64,000 bases of DNA from an uncultured Candidatus Binatia bacterium (GTDB taxonomy: Bacteria > Desulfobacterota > Binatia > UBA9968 > JAJDTQ01). The position numbers and the translations under genes are program-made. The notes beneath the pieces are model-generated. The model searched no databases. It was not told the origin of the DNA and worked only from the letters and a program-made list of their open reading frames with translations. Shown piece by piece: positions 1 to 10,418 of the stretch. The number at the start of each line of letters is the position of its first letter. Position 1 is the first letter of the stretch. The DNA lies in assembly GCA_965213675.1 (NCBI GenBank), contig OZ243916.1, forward strand, positions 288,001 through 352,000. The letters run 5' to 3'.

Positions 1-34
1 CGCTGGTCGGGCCGGCGCCCCGGCGCGGGCGGCG

Positions 35-1471
<1,437 letters not shown>

Positions 1472-1535
1472 TGCCCCCGCGCCGCGGCCGCTACCCGCCG
1501 GCCGCCGCGCGTCCAGGAGCCTGTAGGAGCGCGGC

Positions 1536-3245
1536 TCAGGTCAGCGCATGATCGAGCGGAAGAACGATGTCGAACCGCGTGCCCGTACCCTTTTCGCTGG
1601 TCACCTCGATGGTGCCGCCGTGGCTCTCCACGATCCGTCGAGCGATGGCGAGCCCGAGCCCGGAGCCTTCGGACTTGGTGGTGAAGTACGGCTCGAAGAT
1701 GCGTGTCAGGTTCTCCGACGCGATGCCCGTGCCGGTGTCGCTGACCGAGAGTCGCATCCTGCCGTCGCGAATGGATGTCTCGATGGTCAGCTTGCCTCCT
1801 TCGGGCATCGCCTGGAGGCCGTTGAGAATGAGGTTCAGGAGCACCTGCTTGAGGTAGTCCGGGTCGGCTTTGACCACCGGCCGTGGGCCGTGATGCTCCA
1901 CAGCGACCTCCACCCCCAGGGACGCGGCGTCGCCTTCCGTCAGGGTCGTGAGGTCCTTCAGCAACTGATCGACCTTCACCAGATCGGGCTTGATGCTCAA
2001 CGGCCGGGCCAGCGTCAGGAATTCCTCGACGATGGAATTGAGGCGGTGCACCTCCGCGCGCATCAGTTCGATGAAGCGGCTGTATTCGCTCTCGTCCTGG
2101 GTCGGCTGGAACTCGGCCTTGAGGCGCTGCAAGCCCATGGAAATGGCGTTGAGCGGGTTGCGCACCTCGTGGGCCACCGTGGCCGCCAGATTGCCCATCA
2201 TGGAAAGGTGCTCGCGCCGGTCCACTTCCGCTTCGAGCGCCTTGATCTCCTGCATGTGAAAGCGCTGGTTGTAGAGGATCGCCGCGAACCCGAGCATGCC
2301 GAGGGCGAGGATGCCACATCCCAGGCCCACCATGGACCAGAGGCTCTGCCACCAGGCGTTATCCACCACATCCATGGACACGCCGATACTGAGAAATCCC
2401 ATGGGATCGCCATCCAGCCGCACGGGTTTCACCAACTCGTAGCGCCTCTCGCCGTTTTCCGTGTCCACGATGCGATGCGCCGAGCGCTCGGTGACGCGCG
2501 CCCGCGCGCTCAGGTCGTCCACCATCCGGCTGCCTGCCAGACCGGAGTCGGTGTGGGCCAGCACGGTGAAATCGTTGTCCAGGAGCGCCAGGTGGTGGAT
2601 GCCTTCCTGCCGCCCAAGGTCCTGGATCTGACGCTGGACTCCGATTTCGTGCTGCAGCTTCAGCATGTAGGACGCGTCCGCGTGTATCGCGATGAATCCC
2701 GGGAAGCTGCGCGCTTCGAGGGCGACGCCGAACACGCTGTCTTCCCAGAACTTGTGTTGCGGGAGGGCGGGCGCCTGTCCGCGCGGTTGGGACCAGAGCC
2801 GCCCCCAGATGTGTACCGTGGATTCCTGGCTGGACCATCGCTCGCGCAATTCCGCCAGAAAGCCCTCGACATGGGGAGGTTTGGTTCCTGTGTGCGACAC
2901 CCAGGGCCGTCCCTGAAGGTCCAGAAGCTCGACCTTGTGCAGTTGGTTGATGGCGCTGATGCGTTGCACGAGCGGCGCGGGCGCGTTGGCGGTGAGAAGC
3001 CGGTCGATGAGGCGCGCGTTGTCCAACAACCGCTGCCGCACCAGTTCCTCGATCAGGGCGTTTCCCTTGATGGACTTCTTGGCGCTGGTTTCCATGGTCC
3101 GGGTGAGGGCCAGGGCCTTGACCTCCACCTGTCGCACCAGTTCTTCTTCGAGCCAACGGCTCTCATAGAATACGTAGAGCGAGAAGAGCCCCAGCAGCAG
3201 CAGGACCGAGGCCAGGAAGTAGGGGACCATCGAAGCGCGTTTCAT
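1536..3245 (-). CDS. Membrane sensor histidine kinase (ZraS/NtrB-like)
   Basis: Two TM segments flank a periplasmic domain. H-box AHEVRNPL, N-box QVLLNLILNG, DTGTG, FEPYFTTK, GSGLGL. Confidence 0.93.
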   Translation of the reverse strand: MKRASMVPYFLASVLLLLGLFSLYVFYESRWLEEELVRQVEVKALALTRTMETSAKKSIKGNALIEELVRQRLLDNARLIDRLLTANAPAPLVQRISAINQLHKVELLDLQGRPWVSHTGTKPPHVEGFLAELRERWSSQESTVHIWGRLWSQPRGQAPALPQHKFWEDSVFGVALEARSFPGFIAIHADASYMLKLQHEIGVQRQIQDLGRQEGIHHLALLDNDFTVLAHTDSGLAGSRMVDDLSARARVTERSAHRIVDTENGERRYELVKPVRLDGDPMGFLSIGVSMDVVDNAWWQSLWSMVGLGCGILALGMLGFAAILYNQRFHMQEIKALEAEVDRREHLSMMGNLAATVAHEVRNPLNAISMGLQRLKAEFQPTQDESEYSRFIELMRAEVHRLNSIVEEFLTLARPLSIKPDLVKVDQLLKDLTTLTEGDAASLGVEVAVEHHGPRPVVKADPDYLKQVLLNLILNGLQAMPEGGKLTIETSIRDGRMRLSVSDTGTGIASENLTRIFEPYFTTKSEGSGLGLAIARRIVESHGGTIEVTSEKGTGTRFDIVLPLDHALT

Positions 3246-3299
3246 GTCAGTGAGCGAGGGTTTTCAGGCGGCTATGGTCGTTGGCGCACACGCGATGGC

Positions 3300-3327
3300 A
3301 TTATACAAGCGGCCGGAGACTTGGCAA
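3300..3327 (-). promoter_or_regulatory. Putative sigma-70 promoter of the kinase/regulator pair
   Basis: Minus strand TTGCCA-N16-TATAAT, about 55 bp upstream of the kinase ATG. Confidence 0.5.
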
Positions 3328-3495
3328 ATGGCCCTGGCAAATGGCCCTGGCAAACCGCCGGTGGCGAAGGTCCCACCCACGCCGGGTGGGACACGGGACC
3401 AAGGCCGACGGGACGCAACCTGTCCCATCGGCCTTCCACGGTCGCATTCCCGGCACGGCGTGCCGGCTGCCGGATCGTTCCGGCGCCGGTCCGGA

Positions 3496-4977
3496 TCAAC
3501 CCTTCGCGACAAAGAAACGCTTTGCCTCGCCGCGTTGCACGAGAAACAGGGCGTTGCCTCCCTGGTCAAGCTTCTCCAGCGCCTTCTTGTAGGACGCCAT
3601 GTCGGTGACGCCCGTCTTGTTGAGCTCCAGGATCACGTCCCCCCGGCGCAGTCCGGCCTCGTCCGCGGGGCTGCCCGGCTTGACCCCGGTCACGAGCATG
3701 CCCTCGACGCGTTCGAGGGACAACTGCTTGGCCACGCTTTCCGTCACTTCACGGACGGTCAGTCCCAGGTCCGAGCCTTGCTCCACCGCGGCCACGGTCT
3801 TTTCGTCCAGCAGCTCGCCGATCTCCACGCGCAGGGTCTTCTCGTCGCCGTCGCGCCACACGTTCACGTCCACCGCCTTGCCCACCGGGGTCCGGGCGAC
3901 GATCATCGGGAGATCGCCCGACTCCTTGACCGCATTGCGGTCGAAGTCCAGGATGACGTCACCCGCCTGGAATCCGGCCTTTTGTGCGGGGGTATCCGCC
4001 AGGACTTCGGCCACGAGCGCGCCGCGGGCTTCGCCGAGACCCAACGATTCCGCCAGTAGCGGCGTCACTTTCTGCAGCGAGACGCCCAGCCAGCCGCGGG
4101 TGACCCGGCCGTCATCCCGGAGTTGCGGCAGCACTTCCTTGACCAGGTTGATGGGGATGGCGAAGCCGATGCCCACGTTGCCGCCGCCGCGGCTGTAGAT
4201 GGCGGTGTTGATGCCGACCACCTCGCCGCGACGGTTGATCAGGGGGCCGCCGGAGTTGCCCGGGTTGATGGAGGCGTCGGTCTGGATGAAGTTGTCGTAG
4301 GGGCCGGCGCCGATGCGGCGTCCCTTGGCGCTGACGATCCCCGACGTCACCGTGCGGTCGAGTCCGAACGGATTGCCGATGGCGAGCACGGACTCACCGA
4401 TCTCCAGACTGTCGGAATTTCCCAGCGGCACCGTGGGCAGGGAGTAACCGGGGTTGATGCGGATCAACGCGATGTCGGTCTTCTCGTCCGTGCCGACGAC
4501 CTGGCCTTCGAACTCGTTGTCGTCGGAGAGGGCGACGGTGATGACCATGTTCTCCTGGCCGGCTACCACGTGGTGGTTGGTGAGGATCAAGCCATTGGCG
4601 TCAATGATCACACCGGAACCGAAGGAACGGCTCCTCCTCGGCCGGGAAGGCGCCTCCGGCATGCCGAAGGGGCTGGGCATGTTGAACGGCGGCGACTCGA
4701 AGAACTTGCGCCACGCCTCGGGCCATTGATTGCCGAAGCGTTGGGACAGGCTGGCGGCGCGGGTCTCGCCCTTGGCGGTGATGTTGACGACCGCGGGGCT
4801 GACTTCCTTGACCAGTTGGACGATGGTGTTCACCGGCCGTGGTTCGGGGGCCGCCGTCTGTGTCGATGCGTTGAGCGGCGGACGGCCGAGCCCACCGGCC
4901 AGGGCGACCACGGTGAGCATCACGGCGCACGCGCCCAACGCCTTGATGAACGTGGAACGAGACGGTTTGTTGAGCAT
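3496..4977 (-). CDS. DegP/DegQ (HtrA/Do) periplasmic serine protease with two PDZ domains
   Basis: GSGVII, TNHHVV, DIAL, QTDASINPGNSGGPL, two PDZ repeats and an N-terminal signal. ATG at 4977 is preceded by GGAGG. Confidence 0.95.
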   Translation of the reverse strand: MLNKPSRSTFIKALGACAVMLTVVALAGGLGRPPLNASTQTAAPEPRPVNTIVQLVKEVSPAVVNITAKGETRAASLSQRFGNQWPEAWRKFFESPPFNMPSPFGMPEAPSRPRRSRSFGSGVIIDANGLILTNHHVVAGQENMVITVALSDDNEFEGQVVGTDEKTDIALIRINPGYSLPTVPLGNSDSLEIGESVLAIGNPFGLDRTVTSGIVSAKGRRIGAGPYDNFIQTDASINPGNSGGPLINRRGEVVGINTAIYSRGGGNVGIGFAIPINLVKEVLPQLRDDGRVTRGWLGVSLQKVTPLLAESLGLGEARGALVAEVLADTPAQKAGFQAGDVILDFDRNAVKESGDLPMIVARTPVGKAVDVNVWRDGDEKTLRVEIGELLDEKTVAAVEQGSDLGLTVREVTESVAKQLSLERVEGMLVTGVKPGSPADEAGLRRGDVILELNKTGVTDMASYKKALEKLDQGGNALFLVQRGEAKRFFVAKG

Positions 4978-5027
4978 TGAGCTTACCTCCCTCTGGAAAT
5001 GGTGCCTCAGATGGTGCCTGTTGTTAA

Positions 5028-5043
5028 AGCATCTTCCGTGCCA
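5028..5043 (-). promoter_or_regulatory. Sigma-54 (-24/-12) promoter upstream of the DegP gene
   Basis: Minus strand TGGCACGGAAGATGCT has exact GG-N10-GC spacing with TGGCACG, 50 bp before the ATG. Confidence 0.75.
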
Positions 5044-5177
5044 ACGGTCATGACACGGCAAGGCAGCGTGTTTCCAGGCGGTTGGCGGGTTTCAGAGATG
5101 TCGCGCCGGGCAGGATGTCGACCATTCCGTCGAAGGCACGGAAGGTTGCGTCGAGGGACGTTTGCCGGCGCGGGCCG

Positions 5178-5642
5178 TCATTCGACCTCGTAGATGGACT
5201 CGATCTCCACCGGAATCCCGTTGGGGAGCGTCGCCATACCCACCGCGGAGCGGGCGTGCTTGCCGATGTCCGCGCCGAACACCTCCACCATCAGGTCGGA
5301 AAAGCCGTTGATCACCTGCGGGGTCTTGTGAAACCCGGGATCGGCGTTGACCATGCCCAGCACCTTGACGATGCGGCGCACGCGGTCGAGACTGCCGAGT
5401 TCCGTTCGGAGCGTGACCAAGGTGTTGAGCGCCGTCTGGCGCGCCGCCTGGTAGCCTTGATCCACGGTCAGGTCGCGTCCCAACTTGCCGTGGAATATTG
5501 CCTTGCCGTCGTTGCCCAGGGGCCCGTGCCCGGCGAGGTACAGCAGCGGCCCCGTGCGTACCGCGCTGACGTAGTTGGCCATGGGGCGGGGGGTGGGCGG
5601 CAGGCTCAGGTTCAGTGCCTTCAGACGCGCTTCAGCGCTCAT
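5178..5642 (-). CDS. RidA/YjgF family protein
   Basis: ANYV, LYLAGHGP, NGFSDL, HARSAVG, PVEIE motifs. Confidence 0.9.
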   Translation of the reverse strand: MSAEARLKALNLSLPPTPRPMANYVSAVRTGPLLYLAGHGPLGNDGKAIFHGKLGRDLTVDQGYQAARQTALNTLVTLRTELGSLDRVRRIVKVLGMVNADPGFHKTPQVINGFSDLMVEVFGADIGKHARSAVGMATLPNGIPVEIESIYEVE

Positions 5643-5683
5643 ATCGACCTCCGTTGCGAATGGTGCGTCGCCCGCTCGGGACT

Positions 5684-6727
5684 CTACAGACCCCTGAACC
5701 AGACGTTGTCGGGGTCCAGGCTCAGGAGCGCCGGCGTGATGTCGCGGATCGTGGCCGTGCCGGTCATGATCATCACACGCCTCAGTTCATCGGTCAGCAG
5801 GGTCAGCACCCGCGCCACCCCTTTGGGTCCGGCGGCGCCCAGACCCCAGCAGATGGGCCGTCCCAGGAGCACCGCCCTGGCGCCCAGGGCCAGCGCCTTG
5901 GCGAGGTCGCCGCCCCGGCGCGCGCCGCTGTCGAGCAGCACCGGCACGCGCCCGGCGGCCGCGTCCACCACTTCCGGCAGCACCTCGATGGCGGCGCGGT
6001 TGAAGTCCAGGATGCGCCCGCCGTGGTTCGATACCACCAGGCAGTCGGCGCCCGCGTCGATGGCGATGCGCGCGTCGTCCGGGTTCATGATCCCCTTCAC
6101 CACCACCGGGACCGATACCGCGTTTTTGAGCCAGGTGACGTCGTCCGGCGAGGACAGATGGACGGTGCGGGGCTTGCCGTCCGACGACATGGGAACACGG
6201 TCCCGCAACTTGGTGGGTTGCAGCGTGTCCATGGTGAGCCCGACGGCGGCGTAGCCGATCTCGTCCGCGCGCCGCACCGCGCTCAACACCTTGTCCCGCC
6301 CCTTGCTGAGGTAGGCCATGTACACCAGCGGCGTGGAGATGCCTTCCGCCCACTGGTCCACCGTGGACTGGGTGGCGCCGCTGATGAACACCATGGTGCC
6401 GAAAAGGTCGCCCCCCTCGGCCACCTCGTGCTCGCCGTTCTTGCGCACCAGCCGGAAGCTGCCCACCGGGCCGATCATCGCCGGCGAGGGTAGCCGGCGC
6501 CCGAACAACTCCACGGAGGTGTCGGGATCGGTCACCTCGTGGAAGATGCGCTGGCGGAACAGCAGCCGGTCCAGGGCGGTACGGTTGCGTTTGAGCGTGG
6601 ATTCGCTCTCCGCCGCGCCCATCACGTGCTCGATGGCCTCGGGCTTGACCCGCGCGTGAAAGAGTTGCCGCAGTTCGTCAAGGCTCAGGTTCTCCAGCGG
6701 CTTTTGTTCGACCTGTTGAACGCTCAT
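5684..6727 (-). CDS. FMN-dependent alpha-hydroxy acid oxidase/dehydrogenase (LldD/glycolate oxidase family)
   Basis: PVVVKGI, VSNHGGR, DSGARRGGD, LGRP. Start placed at MSVQQ. Confidence 0.9.
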   Translation of the reverse strand: MSVQQVEQKPLENLSLDELRQLFHARVKPEAIEHVMGAAESESTLKRNRTALDRLLFRQRIFHEVTDPDTSVELFGRRLPSPAMIGPVGSFRLVRKNGEHEVAEGGDLFGTMVFISGATQSTVDQWAEGISTPLVYMAYLSKGRDKVLSAVRRADEIGYAAVGLTMDTLQPTKLRDRVPMSSDGKPRTVHLSSPDDVTWLKNAVSVPVVVKGIMNPDDARIAIDAGADCLVVSNHGGRILDFNRAAIEVLPEVVDAAAGRVPVLLDSGARRGGDLAKALALGARAVLLGRPICWGLGAAGPKGVARVLTLLTDELRRVMIMTGTATIRDITPALLSLDPDNVWFRGL

Positions 6728-6755
6728 ATGCACCCCCAGTGGATTCGCGAAGCAG

Positions 6756-6770
6756 CCAGACACCACACTA
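6756..6770. repeat. Isolated terminus of the CTAG-bounded MITE-like family
   Basis: CCAGACACCACACTA is identical to the end of the element at 13574-13738. Confidence 0.55.
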
Positions 6771-6779
6771 ATCGGTAAT

Positions 6780-7784
6780 TCACGAATCATCAATCACGCG
6801 GAACTGAAGCAGCAGGGTCCGTTGCAGCGGCAGAAAGTTGTTGTCGGAGACGACATAGAGCAATGTCCGTCCGGCGGGGTCGCGCCGCAGGGCGAGTCCC
6901 TCGAAGTTGTCCACCGACAAGGGACGTTTCAGGTCCGCCAGCAATTCCCCGCGAATCCGCCTCCCCGGCGTTTGCCGGGCCTGCCGCAGACGCTCGCCCC
7001 GGAGGCGCACGATGCGCACGCGCATGCGCAGGAAATCGAAGTTCCGTTCAAGCAGCAGCACGTCGCCGCCGGGCGTTGCCGCGACGCCGGTGGGGCTGTA
7101 GCCCTCGGCGGGGATGTAGGCGAACTCGTGGGCCGCGCCGGCCGTCATGAACCAGCCCTTGAGGCTGCCGTCACCATTGGCGTGCTTCTCGGTGATGCCC
7201 AGGAGGGCGCCGTCCGGCAGCATGGCGATCCCTTCGAGCCCGCCGTTCACCGGCGCCCGCCGGAGGCTCCGGGGCGTGGAAACCAGCTTGGGGTACGCGC
7301 CCGGATTCGCCGGATAGCGCCAGACCCGGTGCCTGCCTTCGAAGGAGACCAGGAACGAACCGTCGGGAGCGCGCGCGAGCCCTTCCGCGTCGTGTTCGTA
7401 AGGCCCCGTCGGTGCGCCCGCGGGGGTCCGCAGAGGCGCGTCACGCCACGAGTCGAATGCGGCCACAAGGCCCTGGGAGTCGTGGGTGAGCGCCGCGGTG
7501 ACCCAGTAGCCGCGGTCGGAAACGGCGCGCAGCCGCCTGCCGTCCGGGCTGATGCTCAAGCCCGAAAGCCCGCCGAAGCGCCGGTGGTCGGAGGACAGCT
7601 CGAATCCGCTCAGGAACTCGAGGCGGCCGACCCGGGTGACGCTGGCGTTTGCCGGGTCCAGCGCGATGGGGGTTGCCGTGACAGTGAACGGGTCCGCAAA
7701 CCCGTTGGCCGTGGCCAGGACGCCGGCAAGCGACAGCGCGACGACGGCGGCCCGGCGTGGTCGCGTTGGGCGCGCGCGCGTCAC
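6780..7784 (-). CDS. Phytase-like esterase family beta-propeller, exported
   Basis: FGGLSGL, AVSDRG, DAEGL, NGGLEG, DNFEGL, VSDNNF and an N-terminal hydrophobic signal. The GTG start overlaps the folK stop. Confidence 0.8.
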   Translation of the reverse strand: MTRARPTRPRRAAVVALSLAGVLATANGFADPFTVTATPIALDPANASVTRVGRLEFLSGFELSSDHRRFGGLSGLSISPDGRRLRAVSDRGYWVTAALTHDSQGLVAAFDSWRDAPLRTPAGAPTGPYEHDAEGLARAPDGSFLVSFEGRHRVWRYPANPGAYPKLVSTPRSLRRAPVNGGLEGIAMLPDGALLGITEKHANGDGSLKGWFMTAGAAHEFAYIPAEGYSPTGVAATPGGDVLLLERNFDFLRMRVRIVRLRGERLRQARQTPGRRIRGELLADLKRPLSVDNFEGLALRRDPAGRTLLYVVSDNNFLPLQRTLLLQFRVIDDS

Positions 7785-8164
7785 GATGCCAAGTCCGGGA
7801 GCACCGCCATCACCGCCTGACGGAGGAAATCGCGGGTGTAGAAGTCGGGATCGACGACCCGGCCGTTCCATACGACGATGTCGAGATCAATGGTTCGGGG
7901 GCCGTAGCGGTTGCCCTGGCGCTCGCGTCCCAGCAGCGACTCGATGCCCTTGAGTTCAGCGCGCAGGCGTTCCCGGTCCAGCGGGGTTTCCAGCAGAAGC
8001 GCGCCGTTGGTGAAGTCCGCCTGATCGACGCAGCCCACGGGGCGGGTCCGTACGAATGGCGACTCCGCCACGACCGCGTGCCGGTGGGCGATGTGACGGC
8101 GCGCTTCCGCGACGTTGCGCTCGGGCTCGATGTTGGAGCCGATGCCGATGACGGCGCGGTTCAT
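7781..8164 (-). CDS. folK: 2-amino-4-hydroxy-6-hydroxymethyldihydropteridine diphosphokinase
   Basis: IGIGSN, DQADFTN, LKGIE..LGR, GPRTIDLDI. Confidence 0.92.
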   Translation of the reverse strand: MNRAVIGIGSNIEPERNVAEARRHIAHRHAVVAESPFVRTRPVGCVDQADFTNGALLLETPLDRERLRAELKGIESLLGRERQGNRYGPRTIDLDIVVWNGRVVDPDFYTRDFLRQAVMAVLPDLAS

Positions 8165-8544
8165 GGGCGCTCCGATCCGGCTCTCTCCGCCGAGCATTCG
8201 ACAGACACGGAATCGGTGTAGCGCAGCGCGCCCGGCTTGGCCACCCGCACGCGCGCGCGGCCGACGCGGGGGTCGTCCATGACCAACCCGAGGATGTGGT
8301 CGCACAGCCTCTCGATGAGAAAGAAACACGACGCCTCCACCTCCTCGATGAGGCGCTTGTTGAGGCGCTTGTAGTCCACGGTTTCGTCGATGGCGTCGCG
8401 GGTGAAGGCGCTCCCCGGCAACAACTCGAGTTCCACATGGACCACCACGTCCTGCCGCGTGTGGCGCTCCCACTCGTTGATGCCGATGATGGTGCGCAGC
8501 CGCAGGTTCTCGATGGTGATCTTGACCGGGTTTCGGTGGATCAT
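8161..8544 (-). CDS. Dihydroneopterin aldolase / triphosphate epimerase (FolB/FolX family)
   Basis: LRTIIGINEWER, TVDY, LIERL, KPGAL. Confidence 0.88.
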   Translation of the reverse strand: MIHRNPVKITIENLRLRTIIGINEWERHTRQDVVVHVELELLPGSAFTRDAIDETVDYKRLNKRLIEEVEASCFFLIERLCDHILGLVMDDPRVGRARVRVAKPGALRYTDSVSVECSAERAGSERP

Positions 8545-8562
8545 GGCACACGGAGTACGCGG

Positions 8563-9282
8563 TTACAGGTTCTCCCCGCCGTCCACGTAGACGCATTCAC
8601 CTGTGACGAAGGGGTTGTCGATGAGGAACAGCACCGCGGCAACCACGTTAGCCGTGTCGCCGATGCGTTTCAAGGGCAGCCCGGCGCTGCGTCGCTCCAG
8701 TTCGTCCGACACCCCACCCGGCGGCGGCAGGATCATCCCGGGCGCCACGCCGTTGACGCGGATGCCGGGGCCTAGCTCGCGCGCGGCCATGCGGGTCAGT
8801 TCGAGGAGCGCTTTCTTGGACAGGGTGTAGGCGGCGTGCCGGGGGTCGGAGCCGCGCACCCGTGTGTCGAGGATGTTGAGGACCTGTCCCTCCGCGCAGC
8901 CCTCGGCGAAGGCCTGCGTCAGAAAGAAGGGCGCCCTCAAATGGATGTTGAGGTGGTGTTCGAACAGGTCGCGCCCGGTTTCGCGGATCGTGGCGCGTTG
9001 GAAGATGGAGGCGTTGTTGACCAGTACGTTCAGTCGCGGGAAACGCTCCCGCACCCTGGGGACGAGGGCGGCCGTTTCGTCGTAATCGTTCAAGTCGCAA
9101 CGGAACAGGCGGCACCGGCGTCCGAGGTCCTCGATGTCCCGGGCCGTGCGTTCGGCCGGCTCCGCCGAGGTGTGGTGGTGCAGCGCCACGTCGTAGCCGT
9201 GCCGCGCCAGCGCCGTGGCAATGGCGGCGCCGATACGCCTGGCTCCGCCGGTGACGAGGGCGGCACCCTTGGGCACGGACAT
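8563..9282 (-). CDS. Pteridine reductase-type SDR (FolM/PTR1-like)
   Basis: TGGARRIG, NNASIF, YTLSK, VNGVAPG. Lies beside folB/folK. Confidence 0.88.
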   Translation of the reverse strand: MSVPKGAALVTGGARRIGAAIATALARHGYDVALHHHTSAEPAERTARDIEDLGRRCRLFRCDLNDYDETAALVPRVRERFPRLNVLVNNASIFQRATIRETGRDLFEHHLNIHLRAPFFLTQAFAEGCAEGQVLNILDTRVRGSDPRHAAYTLSKKALLELTRMAARELGPGIRVNGVAPGMILPPPGGVSDELERRSAGLPLKRIGDTANVVAAVLFLIDNPFVTGECVYVDGGENL

Positions 9283-9502
9283 GGGGCCATCATACCCGGT
9301 TACCGGCGCACCCACCACCGGCGCGGTCCGGCACCCGGAATGAGGCCGTGCTGACCGAGCATCCGCGTCGAGCGCCGATCGAGTTTCGTGCCCGTCCCTG
9401 GGACGCCTTGTGCCGTCGGAAAGACAGCGTCCGAACCTTCGGTTTCCATGCACACCCTGAGCGTGTGATCGCCGTGTCCGGCGCTTGGTGGAGACCGCCT
9501 CG

Positions 9503-10348
9503 CTACCGCTTCCCTCCGGCGAGGACGTCAATGACTTCCTTGATCCCGGGGCCGGGGTCGGTGCGGTCCTTGAACGGCGCCAGCCGCTGGTAGAGTTCCG
9601 CGGCGGCCTTGTGAAAACCGGCGGGGAGTCCGGCGGATTCGAAGCTGGCGGCGATCTCTTCCATCTCACCCACGTAACGCCAGCCCTTGGGCGCCGCCAC
9701 CGTGGCCGCGCGTTGACTCTTCTGTCCGAGGGCGGGCTGCGACCCCGCCCATTCCTCCAGCAGCGCCGCTTCCACCCCTTCACTGGCCGCCAGGGCGCGT
9801 ATGGCGAGGATCAGCGCGTCGCTGCCCTTGGTCCAGGCGGCGTAGGTCATCTTCAGCGCGGAAGCCGCGCCCGGTCCGCCTTCGATCACCCTGGCGTCGA
9901 GCGGACCTTCGGAGAACAAGGCAGCAACGGACTCCGCCCCGTCGCCCGAAAGATAGAGGCGCGTGGTTCCCGGCTTGCGCACCGGTGGGCCGATGATGCC
10001 GCCGTCGACGAAACGCGCCCCGGCCTTGGCGACGATGGCGCCCACGCGCTCAGCCGTGGTCCGGGACACGGCGTTGGCGTCGATGTAGAGCCCGGCGAAG
10101 CCCAGGTCCGCCACGTCCCGGGCCACCTCCTCGGCGGCGTGGGGCGGGCACACGGAAAGCACGGCGTCGCTCTCGCGGATCGCCTCCGCCAGCGCCGCCA
10201 CCTCCACCAGCCCGGCCTCCAGCGCCCGGCGCCGGCTCTCCTCCCGGCGCCCCTGGGAAACCCACAGCACGCGGGCGCCACCCACGGCCGCGCCCACGGT
10301 GGCGCCCATGTTGCCCGGATGCAACAGCGTCATGGAGTTGATCTGCAT
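9503..10348 (-). CDS. NAD(P)-dependent 6PGD/3-hydroxyisobutyrate-dehydrogenase-like oxidoreductase (DUF1932 type)
   Basis: HPGNMG, DANAV, VDGGIIGPP, ASALKMTYA, WRYVGEMEEIA. Confidence 0.8.
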   Translation of the reverse strand: MQINSMTLLHPGNMGATVGAAVGGARVLWVSQGRREESRRRALEAGLVEVAALAEAIRESDAVLSVCPPHAAEEVARDVADLGFAGLYIDANAVSRTTAERVGAIVAKAGARFVDGGIIGPPVRKPGTTRLYLSGDGAESVAALFSEGPLDARVIEGGPGAASALKMTYAAWTKGSDALILAIRALAASEGVEAALLEEWAGSQPALGQKSQRAATVAAPKGWRYVGEMEEIAASFESAGLPAGFHKAAAELYQRLAPFKDRTDPGPGIKEVIDVLAGGKR

Positions 10349-10418
10349 GGTCTCCTCGAAGCTGGTGTCGTGTCCCGCACGGGCGATGGTTGGGGCGCCC
10401 GTGCCACGGGCGGGCAGG

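Noticed and set aside
5133-5150. Second sigma-54 promoter (AGGCACGGAAGGTTGC) on the plus strand
   Set aside because: Spacing is GG-N11-GC, not N10, and it points at no sense gene.
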